The notes below the pieces were generated by a model. That model was not told the DNA's origin, did not search any database, and was given only the letters and a program-made list of their open reading frames with translations. Shown here one piece after another: positions 10,440 through 20,614 of a stretch of 64,000 nucleotides of DNA. This stretch comes from Alkalispirochaeta sp. (GTDB taxonomy: Bacteria; Spirochaetota; Spirochaetia; DSM-27196; Alkalispirochaetaceae), in assembly GCA_965242725.1 (NCBI GenBank), contig CBDESZ010000005.1:64001-128000 (forward strand), given 5' to 3'. A program made the position numbers and the translations under genes. Each line of letters opens with the position of its first letter. The first letter of the stretch is position 1.

Positions 10440-11343
10440 CGGCACGAAGGGACCATCTCCCGACACGGCCGCCTCCCGGCCGCAACGGATAGAAGACCTT
10501 CGCCGCTTTGCCCCCCACACGGTCACCACCAAGCCGTGGCCCATAGAGCGGGCGATAGACGAGTACGCCCGTGCGGGATTCGGCGGCCTCTCCATATGGC
10601 GGGACGCCATGGACGGAAGGGACCCTGCGGCAATCCGTCGCCAAATGGACGAGGCGGGGCTTGCGGGAGTGAGCCTCGTCAGGGGCGGCTTCTTCGCCAC
10701 AGGCGACAAGGCGGCGTACCGGGAGGCGCTGGATGAAAACAGGCGCTGTATCGGCGAAGCTCACGCGCTGGGTCTTCCTTTGATCGTCCTTGTCTGCGGG
10801 GCGGACCCGTCGCTGACCTTGGCGGAAAACCGGAAAATCATCACCGAAGCGCTCTCGGAACTCGCACCGGAAGCGGCGGCGGCGGGGGTGCAGCTCGGCA
10901 TAGAGCCTCTCCACCCCATGTACGCCGACACCCGGAGCGCCGTAAACACACTAGGCCAGGCGGTACAGATCGCCGGGGCCGCCAACACGGCGGCGGGCTT
11001 CACCGCCGCCGCCCCGCCCGCCCGCCGCCCCGTCTCCACGGTGGTGGACGTCTACCACCTCTGGTGGGACGAGCGCCTCCCCGACCAGATCGCCGCCGCC
11101 GGCACGGACGAACTCCTGTCCGCCTTTCACGTCTGCGACTGGCGCGTACCCACGGAGCACATGCTGCTGGACCGGGGACTCATGGGTGAGGGGTGCATCG
11201 ACATTCCGGGAATCCGCCGGGACGTCGAGGCGGCGGGCTTCACCGGCCTCATAGAAGTTGAAATATTCTCCGAACGGTACTGGGCGATGGACCAGTCGGA
11301 GTGGCTGCAAATGATCGCCACGGCGTGCCGCAGCGCGGTATAG
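10429..11343 (+). CDS. Sugar phosphate isomerase/epimerase (xylose-isomerase-like TIM barrel)
   Basis: IEPLHP, DVYH, FHVCD, MGEGCID and EVEIFS metal-binding motifs; GTG start overlaps the upstream gene. Confidence 0.85.
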   Translation: MGGNGTKGPSPDTAASRPQRIEDLRRFAPHTVTTKPWPIERAIDEYARAGFGGLSIWRDAMDGRDPAAIRRQMDEAGLAGVSLVRGGFFATGDKAAYREALDENRRCIGEAHALGLPLIVLVCGADPSLTLAENRKIITEALSELAPEAAAAGVQLGIEPLHPMYADTRSAVNTLGQAVQIAGAANTAAGFTAAAPPARRPVSTVVDVYHLWWDERLPDQIAAAGTDELLSAFHVCDWRVPTEHMLLDRGLMGEGCIDIPGIRRDVEAAGFTGLIEVEIFSERYWAMDQSEWLQMIATACRSAV

Positions 11344-11370
11344 CACACAACACAAACCATGGAGGACAGA

Positions 11371-12525
11371 ATGCGGGAAATACGAATACTCATGAACGGC
11401 GTCACCGGACGCATGGGCACCAATCAGCACCTCATACGGAGCATCCTGGCGATACGCGCCCAGGGCGGCGTCCCCTCAAAGTCGGGTGAAACGATCATGC
11501 CCGTGCCGGTCCTGGTTGGACGGAACGAGGCGAAGCTGAAGTCCCTCGTCGACCGCCTCGCCCCTGAACACGGACAGATAGAATACACAACAGACCTCGA
11601 CGGTGCCCTGGCCGACAAAAAGAACGAAATCTACTTTGACGCCACCCTCACCCAGATCAGGGAAGCGGGACTCAGAAAGGCGATCGCCGCGGGCAAGGCG
11701 ATCTACTGCGAAAAACCCACCGCCACCGACACCGCCACCGCGGTCGCCCTCGCCAGAGAGGCACAGGCGGCGGGCATCAAGAACGGCGTCGTCCAGGACA
11801 AACTGTGGCTGCCGGGGTTGCGGAAGCTTCAGTACCTCATCGACACCGGCTTCTTCGGCCGGATCCTCTCCGTCCGCGGCGAGTTCGGCTACTGGGTCTT
11901 CGACGGCTTTCACCAGCCCACGCAGCGGCCGAGCTGGAACTACCGCAAGGAGGACGGCGGCGGCATGATGATCGACATGTTCTGCCACTGGCGCTACGTC
12001 ATCGACAACCTCTTCGGCGAAATCAAGTCCCTGAGCTCCATCGGCGCCACCCACATTCCCGAGCGGCTGGACGAGCAGGGCAAGCGCTACACCTGTACCG
12101 CCGACGACGCCGCATACGGAACGTTTGAGCTCGAAAACGGCATCATCTGCCACTTCAACTCCAGCTGGGCCACCCGGGTGCGCCGGGACGACCTCCTCAC
12201 CCTCCACGTGGACGGCACCAACGGCAGCGCCGTGGCGGGCCTGCGCAACTGCGTCGTCCAGCACGACGCGGAGACGCCCAAACCGGTGTGGAATCCCGAC
12301 ATTCCGAGCCCCATCGACTTCCTCGACGGCTGGACCACCATGCCCGACCGGGACATCATGGACAACGCCTTCAAGGTGCAGTGGGAGCTCTTCCTCAAAC
12401 ACATCGTCGACGACGAACCCTTCCCCTGGGACCTCATGGAAGGTGCCAAGGGCGTACAGCTCGCCGAGCTCGGCCTCACCAGCTGGCAGGAACGGCGCTG
12501 GCTGGACGTGCCCGCGCTCTCCTGA
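11371..12525 (+). CDS. Gfo/Idh/MocA family oxidoreductase
   Basis: GVTGRMG, CEKP, GGG..DMFCH motifs; GGAGG SD. Confidence 0.9.
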   Translation: MREIRILMNGVTGRMGTNQHLIRSILAIRAQGGVPSKSGETIMPVPVLVGRNEAKLKSLVDRLAPEHGQIEYTTDLDGALADKKNEIYFDATLTQIREAGLRKAIAAGKAIYCEKPTATDTATAVALAREAQAAGIKNGVVQDKLWLPGLRKLQYLIDTGFFGRILSVRGEFGYWVFDGFHQPTQRPSWNYRKEDGGGMMIDMFCHWRYVIDNLFGEIKSLSSIGATHIPERLDEQGKRYTCTADDAAYGTFELENGIICHFNSSWATRVRRDDLLTLHVDGTNGSAVAGLRNCVVQHDAETPKPVWNPDIPSPIDFLDGWTTMPDRDIMDNAFKVQWELFLKHIVDDEPFPWDLMEGAKGVQLAELGLTSWQERRWLDVPALS

Positions 12526-12618
12526 GTCGGCGGCGGCCGGGTCAGGTAGCCGTGGCGGAGCGGCGCGGCGCAACCGACCGTGTGACCAATCGGCAACCGG
12601 AGGTGTACACTTGCCTCG

Positions 12619-13905
12619 ATGAGCAACCGCATCTCCGCCGCCGGCCCCGCGCTCCTCATCATTGCGTGGCTCCTCCTTGTCGCGATGGGCACGCTCCATC
12701 GCTGGTGGATCGCGCCGGTGCATCCCGGCGACGATCCCGCACACTTTATCGGGGAGGTGCACACGATTCTCGATACCCGAATGAAGGGCAACGTCGCGTT
12801 TCTTCTGATTGAAGAGGGCCGAGTCGCCTACGAGCACTACGACTCCCGGGAAGAATCGATCGACGGGAACACGCTCTTCCAGCTCGCCTCCATATCCAAG
12901 TGGGTAACCGCCTGGGGCGTACTTGCCCTCGTTGAAGAGGGCCTTCTCGATCCGGATGCGCCGGTCGAGGCGTATCTCACCCGCTGGGAATTTCCTCCCG
13001 GTCGGTACGACTCCCGGGAGGTTACGGTACGGCGCCTTCTCAGCCACACCGCAGGGCTGACCGACCGTCTCGGCTATCTTGGCTTCACCGCCCCCGGAGA
13101 CCTCCAGTCCCTTGAAGATGCGCTGACGCGCCCCGCGGACGCCGCCGCAGGTTCGCTCACACCCGTCCGGGTGGGTCGCGTCCCCGGCGGGCGCTGGCAA
13201 TACTCCGGCGGCGGCTACGCCCTCCTTCAACTTCTCACGGAGGAAATCACCGATCGGCCATTCAACAGGTACATGGAGGAGACGGTCTTGGGGCCGCTGG
13301 GTATGACAAAATCAACATTTTCCGTTGACGATGCAGTGGTGTCGCAACTCGCCCGCCACTACGATACGGACGGGGAGGTCACGCCGCACCGATATTTCTC
13401 CGCCCCGGCGACGTCGTCCCTCCACGCGACGCCCTATGAATTGGTACGCTTCCTGCAGGCCCATATTCCCGGTACCCGTGGCGAGCCTCCGGGGCGAGGC
13501 GTGCTCTCTCCCGCGGCGATAGGGGAAATGGTCACCCCGGAGGGTGAACTCTTCGGCATCGGAATGTGGGCCCTCGGCCCCGCCCTCTTCGGTATCGACG
13601 CGACGGAAGGAGAGATCATCGGCCACGACGGCCGGAATCTTCCCGGTATCAGCAATACCGCCCGCATCAACCTTCAGACGGGGGACGGTCTCGTCGTGCT
13701 CAGCTCGGGCGATCCGGACCTGGCGCCGCTGATCGGAACCGAGTGGGTCTACTGGAAAACCGGTGCCGTCGACCTGCCGGCGCTCGCCCGTCGTGCATCA
13801 TCAGCCGGGGTGCTCGCCGTCGCAGGTGTCGCGCTGATCGGGGCCGTGACGTTCCTCTTCCACCGCCGGAGACGGCGCAACAGGAACGCCGGTCATATGC
13901 GGTGA
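12619..13905 (+). CDS. Serine hydrolase, beta-lactamase/PBP-like family, membrane anchored
   Basis: SxxK (SISK), LLSHTAG, YSGGGY, GHDG; N- and C-terminal hydrophobic segments. Confidence 0.85.
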   Translation: MSNRISAAGPALLIIAWLLLVAMGTLHRWWIAPVHPGDDPAHFIGEVHTILDTRMKGNVAFLLIEEGRVAYEHYDSREESIDGNTLFQLASISKWVTAWGVLALVEEGLLDPDAPVEAYLTRWEFPPGRYDSREVTVRRLLSHTAGLTDRLGYLGFTAPGDLQSLEDALTRPADAAAGSLTPVRVGRVPGGRWQYSGGGYALLQLLTEEITDRPFNRYMEETVLGPLGMTKSTFSVDDAVVSQLARHYDTDGEVTPHRYFSAPATSSLHATPYELVRFLQAHIPGTRGEPPGRGVLSPAAIGEMVTPEGELFGIGMWALGPALFGIDATEGEIIGHDGRNLPGISNTARINLQTGDGLVVLSSGDPDLAPLIGTEWVYWKTGAVDLPALARRASSAGVLAVAGVALIGAVTFLFHRRRRRNRNAGHMR

Positions 13906-14010
13906 GCCTCCACAGGGACGGATATTGCCGGTACAATGTGCAGCGGTGATCGGTCGTACGAGGACGGGCGTTCCCGCTGTCCGGACCGTACCCATAGAAG
14001 GAGAACACGA

Positions 14011-14409
14011 ATGGAATTTGGTTTTGCCACCCCGGCGCTGCTCTTCCCGGCAATTTCCCTCCTCTTCATTTCATACACCAACCGCTTTCTCTCCTACGCG
14101 GACCTCGTCCGTCGTCTTCACGACCGGTGGAAAGCCGACGGCAACTGCGCCGTCCAGCAGCAGATCAGAAACCTTCGTCTCAGGATCGGTCTCATCCGGA
14201 ACATGCAGGCGGCGGGTGCACTGGGCCTCCTCCTGTCCGTCGTATCAATGGTGCTCCTGTTTTTCGAAAGCGTCCTGGCGGCGGAGATCGTCTTCTTTGT
14301 CGCCCTCCTTCTGACACTTCTCTCCATGGGTTTTCTCGTCGTAGAAGTGAGCGTGTCCGTGCGGGCCCTCAATCTGCAGCTTCAGGATCTGGAGGGACGG
14401 GAGAGCTGA
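14011..14409 (+). CDS. DUF2721-type small membrane protein
   Basis: AAGGAG SD; 'TPALLFPAISLL..SYTNRF' signature. Confidence 0.75.
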   Translation: MEFGFATPALLFPAISLLFISYTNRFLSYADLVRRLHDRWKADGNCAVQQQIRNLRLRIGLIRNMQAAGALGLLLSVVSMVLLFFESVLAAEIVFFVALLLTLLSMGFLVVEVSVSVRALNLQLQDLEGRES

Positions 14410-14570
14410 AATCCCGTCGGCCGACCGGTTCTCGACGGTGCGCTGTACGCGTTTAAACGGAAAAAACCGCGATACGTTGAACGATTGCGTCCACCGCTCC
14501 CTGCAGCTCCTGGCTGCGCATGTTGAGATCGGTCATGGGGCTTTTGTCCGCATCCGCGCCGGAATCGACT

Positions 14571-15323
14571 TCACCGAGCAAAGAGCTGATAGTACGCCTC
14601 CGGAATGAGCCCGGAAAACGCAACGAGGTCGGTTGCCCAATGGGCGATGAGCGCCGGCCAGATAGATCCTGTACGGACGAGGGCGACCATGGGCATGACG
14701 CCCCAGAGTGCAGCACTGATCACGGCGTGCACGCCGTTGCCCCAGTGAATCATTCCGAAAATGATACTGCCGGTAAAAACGACAAAGAGCGCCTTCTCCG
14801 CCGCCGGCCAACGGTTCGGTGTCACACGGCGGAGGACCCGGAACGCGAGGGATCGAAAGATCACTTCTTCCGATACGGCGACCAGGACGACTCCCACCGT
14901 CAGGTCGACGATATACAGCGGACCGCTTATTTGGGGAAAACTGAACAGTGCCGTAGCGGGCAGCCGGTAATAGAGAAACGGCCATACCGTCTGGTCGATG
15001 GCAATACCCACCATGGATGTCCCCACCGTCCACCACACGATTGATGGCGCCGGCGCTCTCCCGGATGGTTGTTCGGGGCGCGTTATAAAGAGAAATCTGA
15101 GTGTTGATCCCGGGGACGGCGCCGACACGCGTAGCCGGTTGTAAATGAAGAATATGATGATTATTCGGAGAACGATGTCGGCCAGGTAGAGCCACATTCC
15201 CGACTGCAGGGAGATCCACAGAAAATCGTTGAGGACGAAGACGCCGGTACCGATCCAGAAGAGACGAGTCGCGGCGGGAAAAAGATGGGCACTGTCGCCG
15301 TCGGGGTCCGGGATTGTCTCCAT
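14571..15323 (-). CDS. CPBP family intramembrane glutamic endopeptidase (CAAX/Abi)
   Basis: EEVIFR, FGMIH and AHWATD motifs. Confidence 0.85.
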   Translation of the reverse strand: METIPDPDGDSAHLFPAATRLFWIGTGVFVLNDFLWISLQSGMWLYLADIVLRIIIIFFIYNRLRVSAPSPGSTLRFLFITRPEQPSGRAPAPSIVWWTVGTSMVGIAIDQTVWPFLYYRLPATALFSFPQISGPLYIVDLTVGVVLVAVSEEVIFRSLAFRVLRRVTPNRWPAAEKALFVVFTGSIIFGMIHWGNGVHAVISAALWGVMPMVALVRTGSIWPALIAHWATDLVAFSGLIPEAYYQLFAR

Positions 15324-15367
15324 TTCCTTGAAGTCTCGTACATGGGGTCCCGGCCTTCAACGCCCTT

Positions 15368-16108
15368 TCAGTTCGTTTTTAACTCCGGTGCGCCGTCCGG
15401 CTGCCAATCAACCAGTCCCCGGGCAAGCTCCTCCAGGGACTCGACGGAAAGGTCGGCGCCTGCTCTGCGTTCTTCAACCTTTTCAGGGGAGGTATCGCGG
15501 AGGAATTCAACGGTACATACCGACGGAATACCGGCTTCCGCGGCCCCGGCAAATTCATTGCTTCCGCCGTCACCGACGAAGAGCGCATCCCCCGGGGACG
15601 CGTCGAGCCGGTCGAGGCAGTGGTGAAAGATCGCCGGATCGGGTTTTGCCATGCCGACGTGACAGGAGAAAACCGTCACTGAAAAACGCTCCGCCAGGGG
15701 AGAAGCGTCCCATCCTGACGCTTCCAGAATATCGGCGTTGCTGATGAGGGCCAGCGTCTTTCCCCGGGAACGGAGCAGATCAAGCGCCGAAAGGACGGAC
15801 GGCCGTATCCGCCGGAGGGACGCGGCAAATCGCTCCTGACGGAGCCGGGCGATGCGCGGGTATTCCGACGCCGGTACCGGCGCCCGGCACCCTTCCGCAA
15901 TATTGCGAATGATTTCGACGGGGTCGCTGATCCGTCCCGTGAGCCGCAGTTCCGTATCGTCAAAGAGGGCGCGGAGATACGCCTCCCGGCTCACACCAAG
16001 AAGCTCGCTCGTGTCGGGGCCGGGGATTCCGGCGTGATGGATCGTCGAGAGGGTGTGAAAGAGGTCGAAAATCACACACCGGCGGGTGCGCAGTTCGGCA
16101 AGGTCCAT
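15368..16108 (-). CDS. HAD superfamily hydrolase
   Basis: FDLFHTL, SNA, KPDPAIF, FVGDG motifs. Confidence 0.85.
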   Translation of the reverse strand: MDLAELRTRRCVIFDLFHTLSTIHHAGIPGPDTSELLGVSREAYLRALFDDTELRLTGRISDPVEIIRNIAEGCRAPVPASEYPRIARLRQERFAASLRRIRPSVLSALDLLRSRGKTLALISNADILEASGWDASPLAERFSVTVFSCHVGMAKPDPAIFHHCLDRLDASPGDALFVGDGGSNEFAGAAEAGIPSVCTVEFLRDTSPEKVEERRAGADLSVESLEELARGLVDWQPDGAPELKTN

Positions 16109-16211
16109 GGATGTACTATACCCGGTACGGTCCTGCTGTTCAGTATGTTCAAGGGGTGCTCCCGGTGATATACTGCCAACGGTACCCTTTTGGACGAAGG
16201 CGGGGTGTGCG

Positions 16212-17351
16212 TTGTCAATACTCGGACCAGAGCTGGCGCAAAAATTTATTGAGAAGACAGTAAAGAATCTGCCCTACAACATTAACATCATGAACGACAA
16301 GGGAATCATCATTGCCAGCAAGGATGAAACCCGGGTCGGCGATTTTCACGAAGTAGCCCACGGTCTCCTTTCCGGAAAGATGGAAAGCGGTGTTGTGACT
16401 GAAAAAGATCACTACATCGGCACCAAACCGGGCATCAACATGTTCATCGACTACAAAGACAAGCATGTCGGGGTCATCTGTGTAACCGGCGATCCCGAGT
16501 CGGTCAGGTCCTTTGCGGGTCTCGTGAAAACGTCGATGGAGGCGATGCTTGAATACGAGCTGCAGATGATCAATGAGCGTCGGCAGCGCGGGAAGACGGA
16601 GAAGTTCCTCCACTATGTCCTCTTTGATGACGAGTTTGATCTCTCCGAGGCGGGGACACTGGCCGATGAGCTGCGTATCAACCGAAATGAGTTGAAAGCA
16701 TTCATCATCGCCCGCTTTCCCGCCAAACTGGACAACCGTTCAATCCTCAAGGCGTTGTCGACGGCGGATGACACGGTCCATCAGGACGTCGCCATCCCCG
16801 GCGTCAACGATGATTTCATCATCATGAAATCATTTTCGACCGACGACGAGGAAGGAGTCCGGGAATACAAGGAACGGGTTTTGCAGTATGTTGCAAATGT
16901 CGAGGCGTTACTTCCCGCGACGGTAAAGAAGCAGGAGATCACCTACTACGTGGGCAGCCTGCAGCGCCATATGACGAAGTACCGGGCGTCCTATGAACAT
17001 GCGCTACAGCTGAGCCTCCAGGTCAGGGACCGCGGGGGCGTACACTTTTTCAACGATCACATACAGCAGTATTTTCGACACTATGTGACAATGAAGATCT
17101 ATGATGAGATCTTCGGGGTCTTCAGTTCTCTTTTCAACGGTGAAGACCGGGAAGTTGTGGCCGATACAATCCGCAAGCTTGCCCGGAACAACTACAATGT
17201 CGTCAAAGCTAGCAAAGACCTGTTTGTTCATCGAAACACGGTCATGTTCAGGTTGAATAAAATAAAGGACGCCCTCAATATTGATCCGATTTCAAACGCG
17301 GCTGACCGTGAGTTCCTCAATGAGCTGGCACACTACCTCAGCAAGTTCTGA
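16212..17351 (+). CDS. cdaR: CdaR family sugar-diacid utilisation regulator
   Basis: N-terminal 'LAQKFI....PYNINIMN..G.IIAS.D..RVG..H' diacid-recognition domain; C-terminal PucR-type HTH 'LFVHRNTV.FRL.KI'. Probable TTG start. Confidence 0.85.
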   Translation: MSILGPELAQKFIEKTVKNLPYNINIMNDKGIIIASKDETRVGDFHEVAHGLLSGKMESGVVTEKDHYIGTKPGINMFIDYKDKHVGVICVTGDPESVRSFAGLVKTSMEAMLEYELQMINERRQRGKTEKFLHYVLFDDEFDLSEAGTLADELRINRNELKAFIIARFPAKLDNRSILKALSTADDTVHQDVAIPGVNDDFIIMKSFSTDDEEGVREYKERVLQYVANVEALLPATVKKQEITYYVGSLQRHMTKYRASYEHALQLSLQVRDRGGVHFFNDHIQQYFRHYVTMKIYDEIFGVFSSLFNGEDREVVADTIRKLARNNYNVVKASKDLFVHRNTVMFRLNKIKDALNIDPISNAADREFLNELAHYLSKF

Positions 17352-17359
17352 TGCCGTCC

Positions 17360-17376
17360 TTGTGCACTCTGCACAA
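17360..17376. promoter_or_regulatory. Palindromic operator TTGTGCA-CTC-TGCACAA, probable CdaR site
   Basis: Perfect 7-3-7 inverted repeat between cdaR and the glucarate operon. Confidence 0.7.
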
Positions 17377-17436
17377 TAATGAATCGATAAATTGATACTC
17401 TATTAACATGGCTCGAAGCTGAAAACGATCCCTACA

Positions 17437-18759
17437 ATGATCCATCGCATGAAAACGAAACTTGATGTGACGGATCAACTCCGTACCGACGCGACCACAA
17501 TTTATGAACGGGCGATCAAGTCGGTCCTGCCTCATGACGCGGTGAAATCGGTGCTGGAAGAGCTGTCCATTACAGAACCTGTGACACTTGTCTCTATCGG
17601 CAAGGCGGCGTGGACGATGGCCGCCGCCGCCGCCGAGATCCTCGGCGATTCCCTGGTACGGGGAGCGGTGCTTACAAAATACGGTCACTCCCGGGGGCCG
17701 ATCGACGGATTCGAAATATTTGAAGCGGGACATCCCATCCCCGACGAAAATTCCCTGAAGGGTACGGAGTGTATTCTCCGGATGGTGACGCCGCTCACCC
17801 CGAATGACCGCGTCCTGTTGCTCCTTTCCGGGGGCGGTTCCTCCCTCTTTGAGAAGCCCGCACCGGGGGTCGGTCTGGATGACATCGCCGATGTGACGGA
17901 TCAACTGCTCGCGAGCGGAGCCGACATCGTCGAGATCAACACGATCAGAAAGCGCCTTTCCACGGTCAAAGGCGGAAAGTTTGCGCATCTTTGCGGTGGT
18001 GGGCAGACCCCGATTACGGCAATCGTCCTCTCCGACGTTCTCGGCAACAGAATTGACGCAATCGCTTCGGGGCCGGTCTCGCCGGACACGTCAACCGTTG
18101 CCGATGCCGCGGCGATCGTTGAAAAGTACGGCCTCCATGTGAGTGATGCCGTTTCACGGGCACTTGAATCGGAGACGCCCAAGGAGATTCACAACTGCAC
18201 GGCCGTGGTCGCCGGGAGTGTTGAAGCGCTTTGTGAAGCCGCAGCAAATGAGGCTGCGTCATGCGGGTATGAGCCTGCGGTGCTTACCTCATCGCTCCAA
18301 TGTGAGGCGAGAGAGGCGGGAAGTTTCATCGCATCCATTGCACATGAGGTGTGCAGGGACGGCACCGGCAGGTACGGGCGGCGTACACCCTGCGCGCTGA
18401 TTTTTGGCGGGGAAACGATCGTTCGGGTGACGGGAAAGGGAAAAGGCGGAAGAAATCAGGAAATTGCCCTTTCCGCCGCGTTGGGGATCAACGGGCTGGA
18501 AAATGCAGTGATCGTTTCCGTCGGTTCCGACGGCACCGACGGTCCCACCGATGCCGCCGGCGGTATTGTAGACGGTTGCACAGTGGAACGCATCGCGGCG
18601 ACGGGCATCGAACCCGAGGTATATCTGGACAACAACGATTCGTATCACGCCCTGGTGGCCGCGGGAGATCTTATTGTGACCGGACCGACGGGAACCAATG
18701 TGAACGATCTGACATTTCTTCTGTGCCGATCGACGGCAGAGGAGAAGAAGGAAGGATGA
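17437..18759 (+). CDS. Glycerate 2-kinase, type 2 (MOFRL/TtuD family)
   Basis: GKAA, SGGGS, GGET, GRNQE, DGTDGP, TGPTGTNVND motifs. Confidence 0.9.
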   Translation: MIHRMKTKLDVTDQLRTDATTIYERAIKSVLPHDAVKSVLEELSITEPVTLVSIGKAAWTMAAAAAEILGDSLVRGAVLTKYGHSRGPIDGFEIFEAGHPIPDENSLKGTECILRMVTPLTPNDRVLLLLSGGGSSLFEKPAPGVGLDDIADVTDQLLASGADIVEINTIRKRLSTVKGGKFAHLCGGGQTPITAIVLSDVLGNRIDAIASGPVSPDTSTVADAAAIVEKYGLHVSDAVSRALESETPKEIHNCTAVVAGSVEALCEAAANEAASCGYEPAVLTSSLQCEAREAGSFIASIAHEVCRDGTGRYGRRTPCALIFGGETIVRVTGKGKGGRNQEIALSAALGINGLENAVIVSVGSDGTDGPTDAAGGIVDGCTVERIAATGIEPEVYLDNNDSYHALVAAGDLIVTGPTGTNVNDLTFLLCRSTAEEKKEG

Positions 18760-19658
18760 ATATGTCGCATCAACTGGTAGGCGTTGTGCCGCCGATCATT
18801 ACACCGGTGGACAGCCACGAGGATGTGGATGAGGCGGGGCTGCGCCGGGTGATCGATTACGTCGTCAAGGGCGGCGTGCACGGTATCTTTGTAAACGGCA
18901 GCAACGGAGAGTTCTACGGCCTCGATTACGAGAATCAGAGACGGGCTACGGAAATTGCAGTCGAACACGTGAACGGATCGATCCCCGTCTACGCGGGCGC
19001 CAGCGCCATCACGACGAGGGAGTCTATTCGTCTGGCAAAGATGGCCGAGGCAGTGGGGGCGTCGGCACTGACGGTACTGACACCCATGTTTGTGCAGCCA
19101 AGCGACGACGAGCTCTTTGATCACTTTGTCGCGATCGCCGATGCGACGAGTCTCCCTGTGTTGCTCTATAACAACCCCGCGCGTACCACCAATTCGATCT
19201 CCGTCTCCCTCCTGGAACGACTGTTGAAGGTCGACCGGATTGCGGGCGTGAAGAACACGTCAATGGACTTCAGTTTGACCATGAAATATATACGGGCTGC
19301 GGAGCGTCGTACCGACTTCGGCGTCTTTGGCGGGATCGATTACTACATCTACGCCACCATGGTTCATGGGGGAGTCGGTTGTGTTGCCGGAACGGCCAAT
19401 GTCGCCCCCGCCCTGGTGGTCAGCATCTACGACAATTTCAAGGCGGGAAATCACGCCGCCGCGCTGGCGGACCAGCAAAAACTGATGGCCCTTCGGGACG
19501 CCTACGCCTGGGGCAGCTTTCCGGTAATGATGAAGGTGTGTCTGAACCTTCTTGGGGTCGATGTGGGAGACCCGATCCGTCCGATTCAGCGTGTGAGTCC
19601 GGAAGTGGAAGAGAAAGCGAAGGAAATGCTCAGGAAGATAGGGCTTCTCCAGGACTGA
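18756..19658 (+). CDS. DHDPS/NAL-family class I aldolase, probable 5-keto-4-deoxyglucarate aldolase
   Basis: ATGA overlap with the kinase gene; GSNGE, LYNNP and Schiff-base GVKNT motifs; operon context. Confidence 0.75.
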   Translation: MNMSHQLVGVVPPIITPVDSHEDVDEAGLRRVIDYVVKGGVHGIFVNGSNGEFYGLDYENQRRATEIAVEHVNGSIPVYAGASAITTRESIRLAKMAEAVGASALTVLTPMFVQPSDDELFDHFVAIADATSLPVLLYNNPARTTNSISVSLLERLLKVDRIAGVKNTSMDFSLTMKYIRAAERRTDFGVFGGIDYYIYATMVHGGVGCVAGTANVAPALVVSIYDNFKAGNHAAALADQQKLMALRDAYAWGSFPVMMKVCLNLLGVDVGDPIRPIQRVSPEVEEKAKEMLRKIGLLQD

Positions 19659-19711
19659 AATATGAATGCGACCGTTGAAATTCAAATAGAACCGACAGGA
19701 AGGAGATAACA

Positions 19712-20599
19712 GTGAAGATTGGATTTATCGGGCTTGGAATTATGGGCAAGCCCATGTCGAAGAACCTCATCAAGGCCGGGCATGAGCTGGTCGTTCTCGA
19801 TCTCAACAGGGACGCCGTCAGGGAGCTGACGGACATGGGCGCGGAGACGGCGGAGACACCGAAAGAGGTCACCTCCCGGGTCGATGTGGTGATCACCATG
19901 CTGCCGAACTCGCCGCAGGTAAAAACGGTCGCCCTCGGAGATAACGGCATTATTGAAGCCGCCTCGAAGGGGAAAGTCCTTATCGATATGAGCTCCATCG
20001 CGCCCCTGGCAAGTCAGGAAGTTTCAAAGGCGCTGGCGGAGAAGGGAATGGAGATGCTCGACGCTCCGGTCAGCGGCGGAGAGCCCAAGGCGATCGACGG
20101 CACCCTGGCGGTGATGGTCGGCGGCAGGAAGGACGTCTTTGACGCCAACTACGCAATCATGGATGCCATGGCGGGATCGGTGGTGTATGTCGGTGAGATT
20201 GGTGCCGGAAATACCGCAAAACTGTGTAATCAGGTCGTGGTGGCGCTGAATATCGCCGCCGTTTCGGAAGCGATGATACTCGCCAAAAAAGCGGGCTTCA
20301 GCCCCGATCTCGTCTATCAGGCGATTCGCGGCGGCCTTGCCGGGAGCACCGTCATGGATGCCAAGGCTCCAATGATGATGGATCGCAACTTCAAACCCGG
20401 TTTCCGGATCGACCTTCACATCAAGGATATGGCCAACGTTCTGGACACGTCACGAAACGTCGGCGCGCCCCTGCCGTTGTCGGCACAGGTCATGGAGATC
20501 ATGCAGGCAATCAAACAGGACGGATGCGGCGTGGAAGACCACGCAAGCATCGTCAAATTCTACGAGAAGATCGCCAACGCCGAGGTTACCAGGCAATAG
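19712..20599 (+). CDS. garR: 2-hydroxy-3-oxopropionate (tartronate semialdehyde) reductase
   Basis: MKIGFIGLGIMGKPMSKNL, DAPVSGGEPKAIDGTL, DRNFKPGFRIDLHIKD. Confidence 0.93.
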   Translation: MKIGFIGLGIMGKPMSKNLIKAGHELVVLDLNRDAVRELTDMGAETAETPKEVTSRVDVVITMLPNSPQVKTVALGDNGIIEAASKGKVLIDMSSIAPLASQEVSKALAEKGMEMLDAPVSGGEPKAIDGTLAVMVGGRKDVFDANYAIMDAMAGSVVYVGEIGAGNTAKLCNQVVVALNIAAVSEAMILAKKAGFSPDLVYQAIRGGLAGSTVMDAKAPMMMDRNFKPGFRIDLHIKDMANVLDTSRNVGAPLPLSAQVMEIMQAIKQDGCGVEDHASIVKFYEKIANAEVTRQ

Positions 20600-20614
20600 C
20601 CCTGGCGGGAGTAC

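Noticed and set aside
11476..13230. Long antisense ORFs (e.g. 584 aa here, 419 aa at 8709-9968, 391 aa at 27743-28918)
   Set aside because: Shadows of GC-rich genes on the opposite strand with no recognisable motifs.
12619..13905. Beta-lactam resistance genes (this serine hydrolase, and the MBL-fold gene at 55522)
   Set aside because: Both belong to broad superfamilies, and nothing in the sequence indicates true beta-lactamase activity.
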